Shown here: positions 24,294 to 35,133 of the stretch, piece by piece
How the letters are laid out: the number at the start of each line of letters is the position of its first letter
Numbering within the stretch: the first letter of the stretch is position 1
From: Octopus bimaculoides
Lineage: Eukaryota
Direction of reading: 5' to 3'
Assembly (NCBI RefSeq): GCF_001194135.2
Contig: NC_068999.1
Coordinates: 39,778,086-39,813,218 of the forward strand
DNA length: 35,133 nucleotides
Notes under the pieces: generated by a model
Told to the model about the DNA's origin: nothing
Seen by the model: the letters and a program-made list of their open reading frames with translations, nothing else
Databases searched by the model: none
Program-made: the position numbers and the translations under genes

Positions 24294-24902
24294 TTAAGTT
24301 TCATTCAAACTACTTCCAGGTATCCAGCCAACTGGCCCTCTTCTCTCTTTCGTTCCACTCATCACCCGGAAGTTTGCTCGCGCCAGACTGTGGTCTGTCG
24401 AGCATTCCGATCCATGAAAGGACTTGACATTACAAATGTCATAGATTTCACACTTGTGGATGATGACAATCCAGCAGATGCTAAACTTTACACCTTGGAT
24501 GCATCCACGTTGCTGTGTGATCACCTTTATGCATAAAATGAGCGCTTGTGATGTAAAGTCCGTGTCCATCGCAAAGCTCCATTAGCATGAGACCATTGCT
24601 ATTCATTTTCCCCACAGCAAAACGTTCTGGAGAGTTCCATATTTGCAGGTTGGTCCAGCCCTGGAATTGAAATCTCCCAGACGAATGACTTTACCAGAAT
24701 TGGGGATTACCTAAATATGGCTCTCAGCTGGATATAAGAAATAGATTTTAACTTCATCACAACTAGTCAAAGTATGTCCATAGGTAATTATTAAAGTAGC
24801 AAACCGCCCATATTTCAGGTGCAAACGTATAGTCATAAGACGTCCATTTACAGGAACAGAAACCTCCTTCAAATTCTTTATATCTATGTTTGTGCGTATC
24901 AA
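24294..24902 (-). mobile_element. Decayed RTE-clade LINE, apurinic-like endonuclease (APE) domain
   Basis: Translation: VNGRLMTIRLHLKYGRFATLIITYGHTLTSCDEVK...LGDFNSRAG...GKMNSNGLMLMELC...TWMHPRCK*HLLD...GSECSTDHSL. Matches RTE APE motifs (RLMTxRL, SAYAPT, LGDFNAR, NxNG, TWMHP, LD, TDH); stops and frameshifts present. Confidence 0.9.
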
Positions 24903-25257
24903 ATATGATATATCAAATCGCCCATATTCCTATGCAAGAAGTGTTTCCTGTAATGTTGGCCTATATTCTGTGGCAGCTACAGTGGCAATAATCATATTTA
25001 TAAAAATTGCGATGAAAATTCTACTTCTTGTGGTACATGTGTCATTTACGAAAATCTCATCAATTATCTATAATTGATCAAATGAAATAATTGATCAATG
25101 ATATAGCAACAAAGATAATCATTCATTAAAGATTTAAAGAGATATCATGCAGTATAGGTTTTTCAGTGTTTTGAGATTAGATTGGTTAAGTGGTTGTAAG
25201 TATTCAACTTTACATGAAACGCATACAGGTACATGACTTTTTGTATGTGATGCTATG

Positions 25258-25258
25258 A

Positions 25259-25330
<72 letters not shown>

Positions 25331-25353
25331 GTATGCATATATANNNNNNNNNN

Positions 25354-25418
<65 letters not shown>

Positions 25419-25447
25419 TATGTATATATGTACGTATACATACAGTC

Positions 25448-25483
<36 letters not shown>

Positions 25484-25560
25484 GTACGTGTATATATATA
25501 CATATATATATACAAGTATATATATGTATATATATACTTGTATGTGTGAGCGTGTGTTTA
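25258..25560. repeat. (AC)n - gap - (AT)n - (GT)n compound microsatellite
   Basis: Direct read. Confidence 0.95.
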
Positions 25561-25914
25561 CGTTTGAGCGTGTCATTGTGGCTTTGTGTGGGTGTGGGTG
25601 CGTTGTATATTCTTGAATGTGCAGCGTTCACGTTTGTATGTTCTGGAAGAAAACACCTTCAGAAATAAATAGCTTGAAAATATTGATTGTTTCTTAATGA
25701 CGTTCCTGCTCAGCAGTAAATAAATAAAACACATTTTAGGCGAAACTAAAACCTTAAATGGGTCAAATCAAATTCATTTCTGTTTTCAATGTTTCTGCTC
25801 TTAATTGGAGGATAGCATGAAATATAGGTTAAAAAGAAATGGAAAATGTCAAAAAATCATTCTTTATCCAGCTACAATTGTCTTTACGCTATTCCATTTA
25901 CTTTCCGTGAATTA

Positions 25915-25954
<40 letters not shown>

Positions 25955-26335
25955 GTTATCATTAGTGTTGTTGCAACTGCTGTTGTGGTTGATGTTGCTA
26001 TTATTATTCTGTTTCTATTTTCCTTCTTTTCTTCATTTTGTTATTGTTATCATTATTGTTATTATTAATTTCACCCTCAACATCATTATCATCATCACCA
26101 TTATTCTCAAGATACATTGTCTTTTTCTTCTAATTGAAGCATCGCATTCTTTGGAACTCCTCTGCACATAAATTGGTATGCAAATACATATATACGTTTT
26201 ATTATTATTATTATTATAAGTAGTAGTAGTAGCAGCAACAGCAGTAGTAGTATGCGTTTACAAATACATATATATATATATGTTTATGTATACATACATA
26301 CAAATATATATATATATATATATATGCATGTATGT
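25915..26335. repeat. (ATT)n/(GTT)n degenerate tract, then (ATT)/(AGT)/(TA) repeats
   Basis: Direct read. Confidence 0.85.
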
Positions 26336-27183
26336 CTAAGCTTTCTTTTTCCTAAATGACAATTCACGTAGATTTTCCTAATGATAATTGCAGGCAGAGA
26401 ACACTTTTTAGACTTCATCGCTACCGCAAATGAGATAGATTCTTCGCGTTATTTGATTAACAAACCGAAAAATGTGCACGTGCCAAAGCATCGCTAGATA
26501 ATAACAATTATTATTATTGTTACTGTTGTTATTTTACTATGTTTCTTTAATCTGTCTTTTTACATTTTTAGTACATATTCCAGACTCGATGACAGAGGGC
26601 TCCACTAGACATTGTATAAAAGAAGCGACGGTCATTATTTCCTGAACTTTACTGATTTATCTAACACGTAGAAGACCTCACATTTGGCACATTACTTTAC
26701 GTATGCAGATATTGGTACTTTAGTGCTTACTGGCATGTTATTTTACTGACCGTGGAACAACAAATTTCGGAATTTTCTTCAATATTCTATGAACACTGTA
26801 CGTTAGGTATTGTAATTGATTATCGCTATCGTTTCTCTGTCCCAATTACTTTCGTATCGCTCAAATCACACCTTATGCAAACCAAATTGTTTTCAAGGGT
26901 GTTTAATCAATGTAATACATTAAATATAAGATGGTCGATGGAGTAAGATTATCAGCACAATTAATGCCCGAAATCTCACTGAAAATGTGGTTGAAATATA
27001 CAAGCAAGGTATAATTATACTAATGTATCCATCTGTTCTAATTCATTTAAATTCTATGTTTTTGTGCAGCCGAATATTGCTCTGCATTTTAAATTGATGT
27101 AATGATTGCATTGCTCAAGCAAATGGAGTTGCATGAAACGATCGTACTGCATTAACTCTGGATATCCTTTTTTGCTTATTTTG

Positions 27184-27226
<43 letters not shown>

Positions 27227-28426
27227 ATTCACACAGGTATATAAATATAGTCCATTGAAATTTGCGTTGCATACCTTAAGTTGCTTGGTAAAAATGATAT
27301 AAACACTTGTAAGCTTAAATCGGAATGAATTATTTATTTATATAGGCAATTTGTGTTATATTTGTCCGTTCTCCAGAGATGCACACGAATACAATATATT
27401 TGCTGCCTTAACATATTCAATGATTTTTGTTTTTTTTCCCATTTCCTTAAAGAATTGACACGTAATTAACTGAATATTCAGTAGGAATATACACTACAGG
27501 TATAAGTATCCCTACACTTCTTATTTGCTAAATGATTTTAAATGAACGTCAATGTATTAGTTTCATCTACTTAAATGCGGTTTTTCTCTGTAGATAATCG
27601 TAACTATTTCATGTCACATTCGCTTTTTAAAAGCAATAAAATTTATCTACAGTTGTGTAGATGCATATTCTAACATGTGTAACTGTTGGATTTTTGGAGG
27701 CGTATACAGGATTTCCGCCCCCCCCCACTAGCTTCCTGGTTCTCAATAATTCTCCGTACACTAACGTTAAAGCTGTGTTTCTGCTGCAAGTGTCATGGAC
27801 TGAGTTAGTATCCTCATATATACATGCATATCTCTCTTTATGTGTATAGAGGTTAGAGTTAAATAGTGCAACAGAAACTAGATTCCACAACGAAATAGTC
27901 CTCAGTAAAGAGTTTATTTTTTTCTTTAGTTTTGAATCTGACTCTTCAATTCCTATCTTATGGAGTTGATTTCATTTTTGTCGCTGCAACGTAATATGTT
28001 CAATTATGCGTGTACATAGAGGTAGATCTGTATAAATGTATATATTCGTCAGTGTTTCCTTGTGAGTATATGTGAACGCTATTATACATCAATGTTCTTA
28101 GTATGCAGCTTTCTATGACACTTAAGTAGATTAAGATCTGAATGTCTAAAATCTAACACAAACAAATGAAAATTCGCGGGGTTAATGAAGACTGTGATAA
28201 TAAGAAAAAAATATTTGCTGATCATATCAAATTATTACTACTTCAAAGAAAGTTAATTACCAATGGCTATATAATTAGGTACTTTAATTAATTAATTAAT
28301 TAATTAAAATAATGCCAATGAATTTATATTGATTCATTATCAAACACATAATTAATAGTATATAATTAAATGTAATCCTAACAATGTTAACACTATACAG
28401 TGTCACGCTATCAACGGAGGACTAAC

Positions 28427-28431
<5 letters not shown>

Positions 28432-28479
<48 letters not shown>

Positions 28480-29047
28480 ATGGTGTGTGTGTGTGTATGT
28501 ATGCATATATAAAACATGTTATAACATATATAATGATGCTTACACACATGCATGTANNNNNNNNNNNNNNNNNNNNNNNNNNNNNNNNNNNNNNNNNNNN
28601 NNNNNNNNNNNNNNNNNNNNNNNNNNNNNNNNNNNNNNNNNNNNNNNNNNNNNNNNNNNNNNNNNNNNNNNNNNNNNNNNNNNNNNNNNNNNNNNNNNNN
28701 NNNNNNNNNNNNNNNNNNNNNNNNNNNNNNNNNNNNNNNNNNNNNNNNNNNNNNNNNNNNNNNNNNNNNNNNNNNNNNNNNNNNNNNNNNNNNNNNNNNN
28801 NNNNNNNNNNNNNNNNNNNNNNNNNNNNNNNNNNNNNNNNNNNNNNNNNNNNNNNNNNNNNNNNNNNNNNNNNNNNNNNNNNNNNNNNNNNNNNNNNNNN
28901 NNNNNNNNNNNNNNNNNNNNNNNNNNNNNNNNNNNNNNNNNNNNNNNNNNNNNNNNNNNNNNNNNNNNNNNNNNNNNNNNNNNNNNNNNNNNNNNNNNNN
29001 NNNNNNNNNNNNNNNNNNNNNNNNNNNNNNNNNNNNNNNNNNNNNNN

Positions 29048-29100
<53 letters not shown>

Positions 29101-29175
29101 TGAGTGTTTCAGAGAGAGAGAGAGAGAGAGAATGTGTGTGTGTATGTGTATGTGTGTGTGTATGTGTGTCTGTGT
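28432..29175. repeat. (TA)n/(GT)n - gap 28557-29047 - (GT)n/(GA)n
   Basis: Direct read. Confidence 0.9.
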
Positions 29176-29524
29176 TGCGTATAAATGTACATGTCCTTCT
29201 ATGTTTTACCATTAAACTTATATTCGTTTGGGTCAATATTTTACTGTCAGGTTAGAGCAGGGCCTTGAAGTGGTTCGTCGTCGATCAGAAAGACGCTAGT
29301 GCTTATAACTTACTCTTTTTAAAGTTTTCTACTTCCTCTTTCGGTTTTCTTTTGATGACAGTTACACTAATGTTAAAAAACTCTCACTTGTTTACAAGAC
29401 GAGGTGGTGGTAATGGTGGTGGAAACAAAATCGCCTAAATTGAAACACACGAACACATGTATACAGAACGTCACCCTACATATTTATTTACTACCAAATT
29501 CACTCACGTGGCATTTACTGATAC

Positions 29525-29593
29525 ATGTGTTGCGCTTCGGACTGAACCAGATATCATGTGGTGCCGAAGTGAGCACCCTAACCACAGAGCCAT
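29525..29593 (-). mobile_element. Isolated tRNA-like SINE head
   Basis: Minus strand atggctctgtggttagggtgctcac...ctggttcagtcc: A-box-like TGGCTCTGTGG and B-box-like GGTTCAGTCC. A faint core-like remnant lies at 29265-29310. Confidence 0.5.
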
Positions 29594-30364
29594 GATTTCT
29601 CCTCTAAGTATATAATGCAGATAATATATATCTGTCAATCTACCTATGCACATACACACATGCGTATATTATATATATATATATATATACGTAATTAGGA
29701 TAAAGTCATTATTTAATGATTTATGAGTGGCCAGCATACTAAAATACCATAATGGTTAATTTATATTAAAATTATAATAAGTCTATTGAATGATTACAAC
29801 ACTAATCTGATAGAAGTAGATCCCAAATCGTCTTCAAACCAATTAGATTATTACTCCACTACATAAGGTTGTAAGCGAGGAAAATAGACAGCTAGGATCT
29901 ATAAAATAATTTGGATAGTATCATATGAATAGATTTCACGGTTTGAGTTATTATAATTACAAAAGCGGTTATTCAGTTGTAGGTGATAATTATTGTTAAA
30001 AGTATTAGAGTAAATTTTCCTCTCAGAAGCAAGTGTGAAGTCCAGATTTTTATTAGTGTTATGGTTTATATTAAAACTAGGTCTTATCTTAACTGCTTTA
30101 TCAGGGTCGGAACTGCTTTTGCTTTAAGTATCAAAATCTAGTTCAGAAATATTATCAATAGAATTAATTTCTCAATTTATATTATCTACTCGTATCTACA
30201 GAGTTCAGATATTGCTTAATTCTACTTTTCTTATGTGTATATACAACAACAATGTTACCTATATATAAGAATAGGTTGTTTTTTTTTTTGCGAATCATGT
30301 TATGAGCGTAATTAGAAAGAGAGATTTAGTGATTGGGGGAGTGACAAGCAGAAGATGTGAAGGC

Positions 30365-30367
30365 AAA

Positions 30368-30402
<35 letters not shown>

Positions 30403-30452
30403 AAGAGAGGGAGAGAGAGGGAGAGAGATGGAGAAAGAGGGAGAGAGAGAGA
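30365..30452. repeat. (GA)n/(GGA) purine tract
   Basis: Direct read. Confidence 0.9.
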
Positions 30453-30550
30453 GTAGATGGAATTGTTTGTTATAAGGTCTGTATTAACTTTCAATGTATT
30501 CATTAAATGATTTTGGTGTGATAATAGTAAGTGGTTCATCTGGAAATTCC

Positions 30551-30572
30551 GGTGGTAGTGATAGTGATGATA

Positions 30573-30604
<32 letters not shown>

Positions 30605-30645
30605 ATGGTGGTAGTGATGGTGGTGGCGGTGGTGGTGGTGTTTGT
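30551..30645. repeat. (GAT)n/(GGT)n compound trinucleotide repeat
   Basis: Direct read. Confidence 0.9.
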
Positions 30646-31484
30646 GGTGTTTAAGTAGATGATGGAAATGAATTCTAACATGGTAATTGTGGTTGTACCG
30701 ATGACCGTTGGCTTGTTAATGGTGACCCATGAACGGGCATGAAGTTGGATTGGCGGTTGCTATTCATAATAGCATTAGTGGAGAAAATGTGTTGGTGAAG
30801 TAGTACCGTCTCCACTATCACCATCAACTCAGACACCTCCAGCCTCTTTACTATTACCACCACCACTACAATCATACGCTCTCCTCCTTTCCACCATCAA
30901 ATTACCCGAACTATCATCACCGTAACCGAAATACCTACATCAACACGATGGGTTTTTGTTACTTTTATCATCACCATCACATTCACCACAAGAACTATTG
31001 TCGTTCTCATCCTCTCCCCATTTTTCATCACAACTACTATCACAAAAAAACGACAATTAGTTATTCAGCATCAAAGATGCACTTCAGGCATCGGTTTGAA
31101 GTCAACTCGGGTGTCTCCGAAGATGTGGAGCAAATGTACTGTTATAAAAGATCTTATTATACATTCATTATGATCCTTATTGAAATGATTACTGTCGATA
31201 TCACAATATCACGCATTGCAGAGTATTCGAATACAGCGCGACTGAATATTACATGAGATGCCTATTTTTCCTGTACGTTAATGACAATCTTGATCAAACA
31301 GTTGTCTAATCAACAGCGTAAAGATGCTGCATCTACAACACTAAAAATTGCACATCAAGTAATAAATATGTAAAGCATACTCCGATTTTGAAAACTAACA
31401 TTTATATTATTCATTATTCATATCGATTGAACTGAACGACATCCTCTCTTTGATTAGGTTTACATGCACCAATCAGACATGTAT

Positions 31485-31810
31485 GCAGTTATCATTTTAG
31501 TACAAATTGTCATGTAATCACCTAATGCTCACCTTCATATTATATGAACGCTTCGAGAAGAAGATAGTTCGGACGCAACGTATTTTACAGATGCGTAATA
31601 GATAGAAATCAACATTTCGTCAGATGTTTATCAAAAAATCATTCTCTAAATAATTAGATAATTTACATATCGATATATATTTATTAAATCTTAAATAAGA
31701 GTTTTCCTTTATGCCACTAACAGGAGATCCTTAACAAATTGCATTTAAGTCTGTCTAAATAGCTGGTCGCCTCGTGCAGTTCCCAGCATCACATCTATAA
31801 GTAAAAGTAC
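31485..31810. repeat. Diverged direct repeat, copy 1 (~325 bp)
   Basis: Co-linear with 32295-32622; shared blocks include ttttagtacaaattg, atagttcggac, tagatagaaatcaacatt, aacaggagatcctta, gtctaaatagctgg and gcatcacatctataa. Confidence 0.9.
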
Positions 31811-32294
31811 TGATCAGCAGAAACAAAATAGGCAAATACAACTTTCACAGTTACTTTGTAATTAAACATATTTTGAAATTGATAGTTTACGAATACATTT
31901 TGAATTTTATCAACACAAGCGTATTATATCTTTTGTTTTTCTCACAATTCATATTTTAAGAAAATAGCATTAATTGATCTACGATCTTACAAATCTCTTC
32001 CTGTATATAAACTTTAATGAAATTAATTTAATGAGTGCAAGGTGTCCTTAACTTCTTCAAAATTCACTTTGATTTCGTTCAACTCAACTTTGGCTAAATT
32101 TATTTAGTGTTATAAACTATTTACTTACTGTGGTCATCCAGTTATTTTCGGATGTACTGTATATAAAATTAAATTGTCTGGTGCTTATATCTCCTCATTA
32201 TTTGGATGTAGTATGTGCCATAAAATAGATATCGATGCTACATGTAGCGGATTAAGCAGAACAACTGAGGTTCTAACATTAGCCCAGTATTTTT

Positions 32295-32622
32295 TGCAGT
32301 TAACATTTTAGTACAAATTGTAATCATGTAATCATCTAATGGTCACCTTCATTTTATATGCACGCTTCTAGAAGATAGTTCGGACCCAACGTGTTATGTG
32401 GAAGCGTGGTAGATAGAAATCAACATTACGTCACATGTTGATCATAAAAATCATAAGATAAATAATCAAATAATTTACATACGGATGTGTATTTATTAGC
32501 TTTCAAATAAAATGTATTCTTTTGTGTGACAAACAGGAGATCCTTAGCAAATTGTATTGATGGCCGTCTAAATAGCTGGCCGCCTCTTGCAGTTCCGTGC
32601 ATCACATCTATAAAAAAAGTAC
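32295..32622. repeat. Diverged direct repeat, copy 2 (~325 bp)
   Basis: See copy 1; offset about 810 bp; flanks unrelated by eye. Confidence 0.9.
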
Positions 32623-34535
32623 CCCCCGTTCTAAAGTTCCCATGTTCAGAATATATTCAGTGATCATAAAATTATTGATAATCTGCAACAACCAACTTAA
32701 GGTTAATATTCCTGTTAGATGCATTTCCAGCTCCCTTTCTATGTCTTCACGATGCATAATTGCATGATAAAGTTAATGTCAGACCTGTAGCTGTTAACAT
32801 TAAAGAAAACGCTTTTATACTCACAACGAAGCTATATTCCGCTGGTAATAAACAGAAAAAGAGAAAATTATATCAGGGAATAACAAGAGGTGAGATGAAC
32901 TAAGCATAAATTAGTATTAGATAGATTGATTCAGGTTTGATGCTATTCATATGCTAAATTTTCATCTTTCAAAACTACCATGCTCAAACATCAATCATCG
33001 ATGAAATATCAGCATAAAATAGCATCATCAATGCACTCTATCTGTCCTCTTCCTTTCCTGCATTGATTTTGCTGTCGCAGAATGTCTTGGAATAAATCCC
33101 TTAATTATTTATTTATATGAGATAGCAGTTTAGTTGCTTCATTAGCAGCGTAGCTACAGCTTTTGTTGTTGAAACGGAAACTTGTCAGAGTAAGGCGTAG
33201 GGCGTTTTAGGAAATTACCATAAAATTCCCAGCTTTACCAGATCAGGAGGATTTAGCTATAAATATGGGGGGGGGGGCGGTTTTAGGATCGGATTACTAG
33301 CGACAACGATATTTGTATTTTATTACCTAAATCTTGTACAGAAGAAGAGGAGCACCAAAGATAAAAATATTTGGATTATGGAAATTTATAATCAGGTAGC
33401 GGCACATTTTCATGGAACAACACTAAACTCAGTGTCTTCATTTCGAATAAATTTTACATACACAGGTTCATTCCAAATCACTGGAGACGAGTATCATGAA
33501 TAGATATTGATGAGTGCTGATAACCTTTAGCACCAATTATCTCTGCGTGTGATTTAAGAGAATGAATATATGCAATTACCTGTTGTGCCCAGATTCAGGT
33601 TATCCTGATCAGGCAGTTCTATGGTCAATGATATGGCAGGTAAGAAGTGAACATCACCACATATTTTAGAATGCATACCGTAGTCATATGATACATGACT
33701 ACGATGTACAATTTGTCTTTTTATTTATTAAAATAGAAGGTTATGATTTAAATGAAATTTGACTGCTATTCCCCACACATTGAACAACCATGACACAGAA
33801 ACTCATTCTTTGTTACTACTTGCAATAAGATCCGTATCCACGCGTTAATGGATTCATCATGGCTGTAATACGCTGGATCAAATTTCATTCACCACTCACT
33901 TTCGTTTTGCTAAGTTTTGACACTATGAATAGTTTTACCATATTAGGTCTACATTGCATTTCCCATTCGGTCTCCATTAAAACTTTTAGACATGTACTGG
34001 TGTTGATATAATCTAGAATACAACTAACATATGCGAATTTTAAGAAATCAATACTGCTATCAAGCGCAAGACAATAATGCACCCGTTCATAATTCTCTAG
34101 CAGCTACAGAGAAATTGAATTGAAGAAGTATGAAGAAATAATTTCGGCAGGAAAGCATTGAGCAAATACAATAATGATAAAGTAGGAATATACAGTTGAA
34201 GATTACATATATCAACAACAACACAATTATTATTAATATTGTTATTCTTGTTTTTGTTGGTGCTCGTCTAGTTTTTGTTCTTGCAGTTGCTGTTGTTATT
34301 GATATAATACGGTTACAGTTGATTACTTTTCTATTGCTTTAAGTTTATTGCCAGAGGGGTAACAGTTAGGTGGTATATCAACAAAGAAATATTTCAGTTA
34401 CCCACTGAATTATATTTGCATTTCGGTAGCGCGAAATGGCGTGATGTATTATCGGTTTGATCCTGTTCAAATAGATCAGCCAGGTTCCATTTTTCTATGC
34501 TAATTTGTTAGGGAGTTTTAGCTTTCATGGTATTG

Positions 34536-34536
<1 letters not shown>

Positions 34537-34594
<58 letters not shown>

Positions 34595-34596
34595 GA
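34537..34596. repeat. (ATT)n microsatellite
   Basis: Direct read. Confidence 0.95.
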
Positions 34597-34896
34597 TATG
34601 TGCGTTTCCAGTTATAGTATCCCTGAATATAGTTGATTATTATATATTTTCTTCTGAATTTTCAATATTCCAGTTATGCTAATCCTCTATACTAACTGAT
34701 TGGATATTTTAGAACAAAATGGTTATCGCTTGGCTTTTTCAGACTCCTACATGGTTGAAGCTAGTCTTCCATGTAATTCCTTTCTCGTTACATTCTTAAT
34801 CGAGATACACTGTTCAAGAAAGTTATATCTCCTTCATTTTCATTTCCCTCTAAGATTCATGATTACATACTAGCCTCCCAAAACTACTACATGTAT

Positions 34897-34920
34897 ATTT
34901 ATATATATATATATATATAT

Positions 34921-34969
<49 letters not shown>
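34897..34969. repeat. (TA)n(GA)n compound microsatellite
   Basis: Direct read. Confidence 0.95.
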
Positions 34970-34971
<2 letters not shown>

Positions 34972-35019
34972 TTAATATTTCTAAGTCTCTCTAAAGGAGA
35001 ATACGGCAGCAGTACTGGA

Positions 35020-35116
35020 AATTAATAGTTATCGCCAAGCCAGCATGGCGGTCCAAAATGGCAACATTCGTCGGACTTTTTGGACTGCTATGTAGGCTTG
35101 GCGATAACTACTAATT
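35020..35116 (+). ncRNA. Candidate pre-miRNA-like hairpin (alternative: tiny MITE relic)
   Basis: 33-bp stem (35026-35058 with 35078-35110) with 1 A.A mismatch and 3 G:U pairs, a 19-nt loop, and 5 further basal pairs. Confidence 0.4.
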
Positions 35117-35133
35117 ATATATATATACATATA

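Noticed and set aside
26709-26806. Possible + strand exon (R)YWYFSAYWHVILLTVEQQISEFSSIFYEHCTL with donor TTAG|gtattg
   Set aside because: Mediocre acceptor, no homology, and not phase-compatible with the neighbouring candidate at 21331-21403.
389-29236. Long ORFs in the track (e.g. 16305-17488, 20072-21172, 28403-29236, 8083-8359, 389-658)
   Set aside because: They are open only because they cross N-gaps or stop-free microsatellites; the peptides are poly-X, YI/CV/HT or homopolymer runs.
1-35133. CRISPR arrays, rRNA, true tRNA genes, prokaryotic operons
   Set aside because: None seen. The 16-mer array has no spacers, and the tRNA-like segments lack full cloverleafs and are SINE heads.

Overview
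AT-rich, microsatellite-dense eukaryotic DNA from a gapped scaffold (10 N-runs, about 2.7 kb in total). The repeat landscape, especially a tRNA-headed SINE with the core GTCGA-N5-TCGACCCC...GGATGAAAGG...GAACTCAGAAC, looks like a coleoid cephalopod, probably Octopus; this is inference from recall, not a database hit. I can support no intact protein-coding gene: nearly all ORFs in the track are microsatellite or N-gap read-throughs. Recognisable content is about 8 SINE copies or fragments, three decayed non-LTR retroelement relics (R4/Dong-type restriction-like endonuclease, Penelope-like RT, RTE-clade AP endonuclease) and many simple repeats. The most interesting unexplained structures are: (1) a 97-nt pre-miRNA-like hairpin at 35020-35116 whose G:U pairs work only on the + strand; (2) a 250-bp fold-back element with 87-bp perfect arms at 1575-1824; (3) a 31-nt perfect inverted copy of nearby sequence embedded in a (TA)n tract; (4) a ~325-bp diverged local duplication; (5) a perfect CpG-rich 16-mer array carrying five CACGTT/ACGTG sites. 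Ten of eleven oriented retroelements lie on the minus strand. Together with the + strand hairpin, this suggests the window may be intronic in a + strand transcript (hypothesis only).
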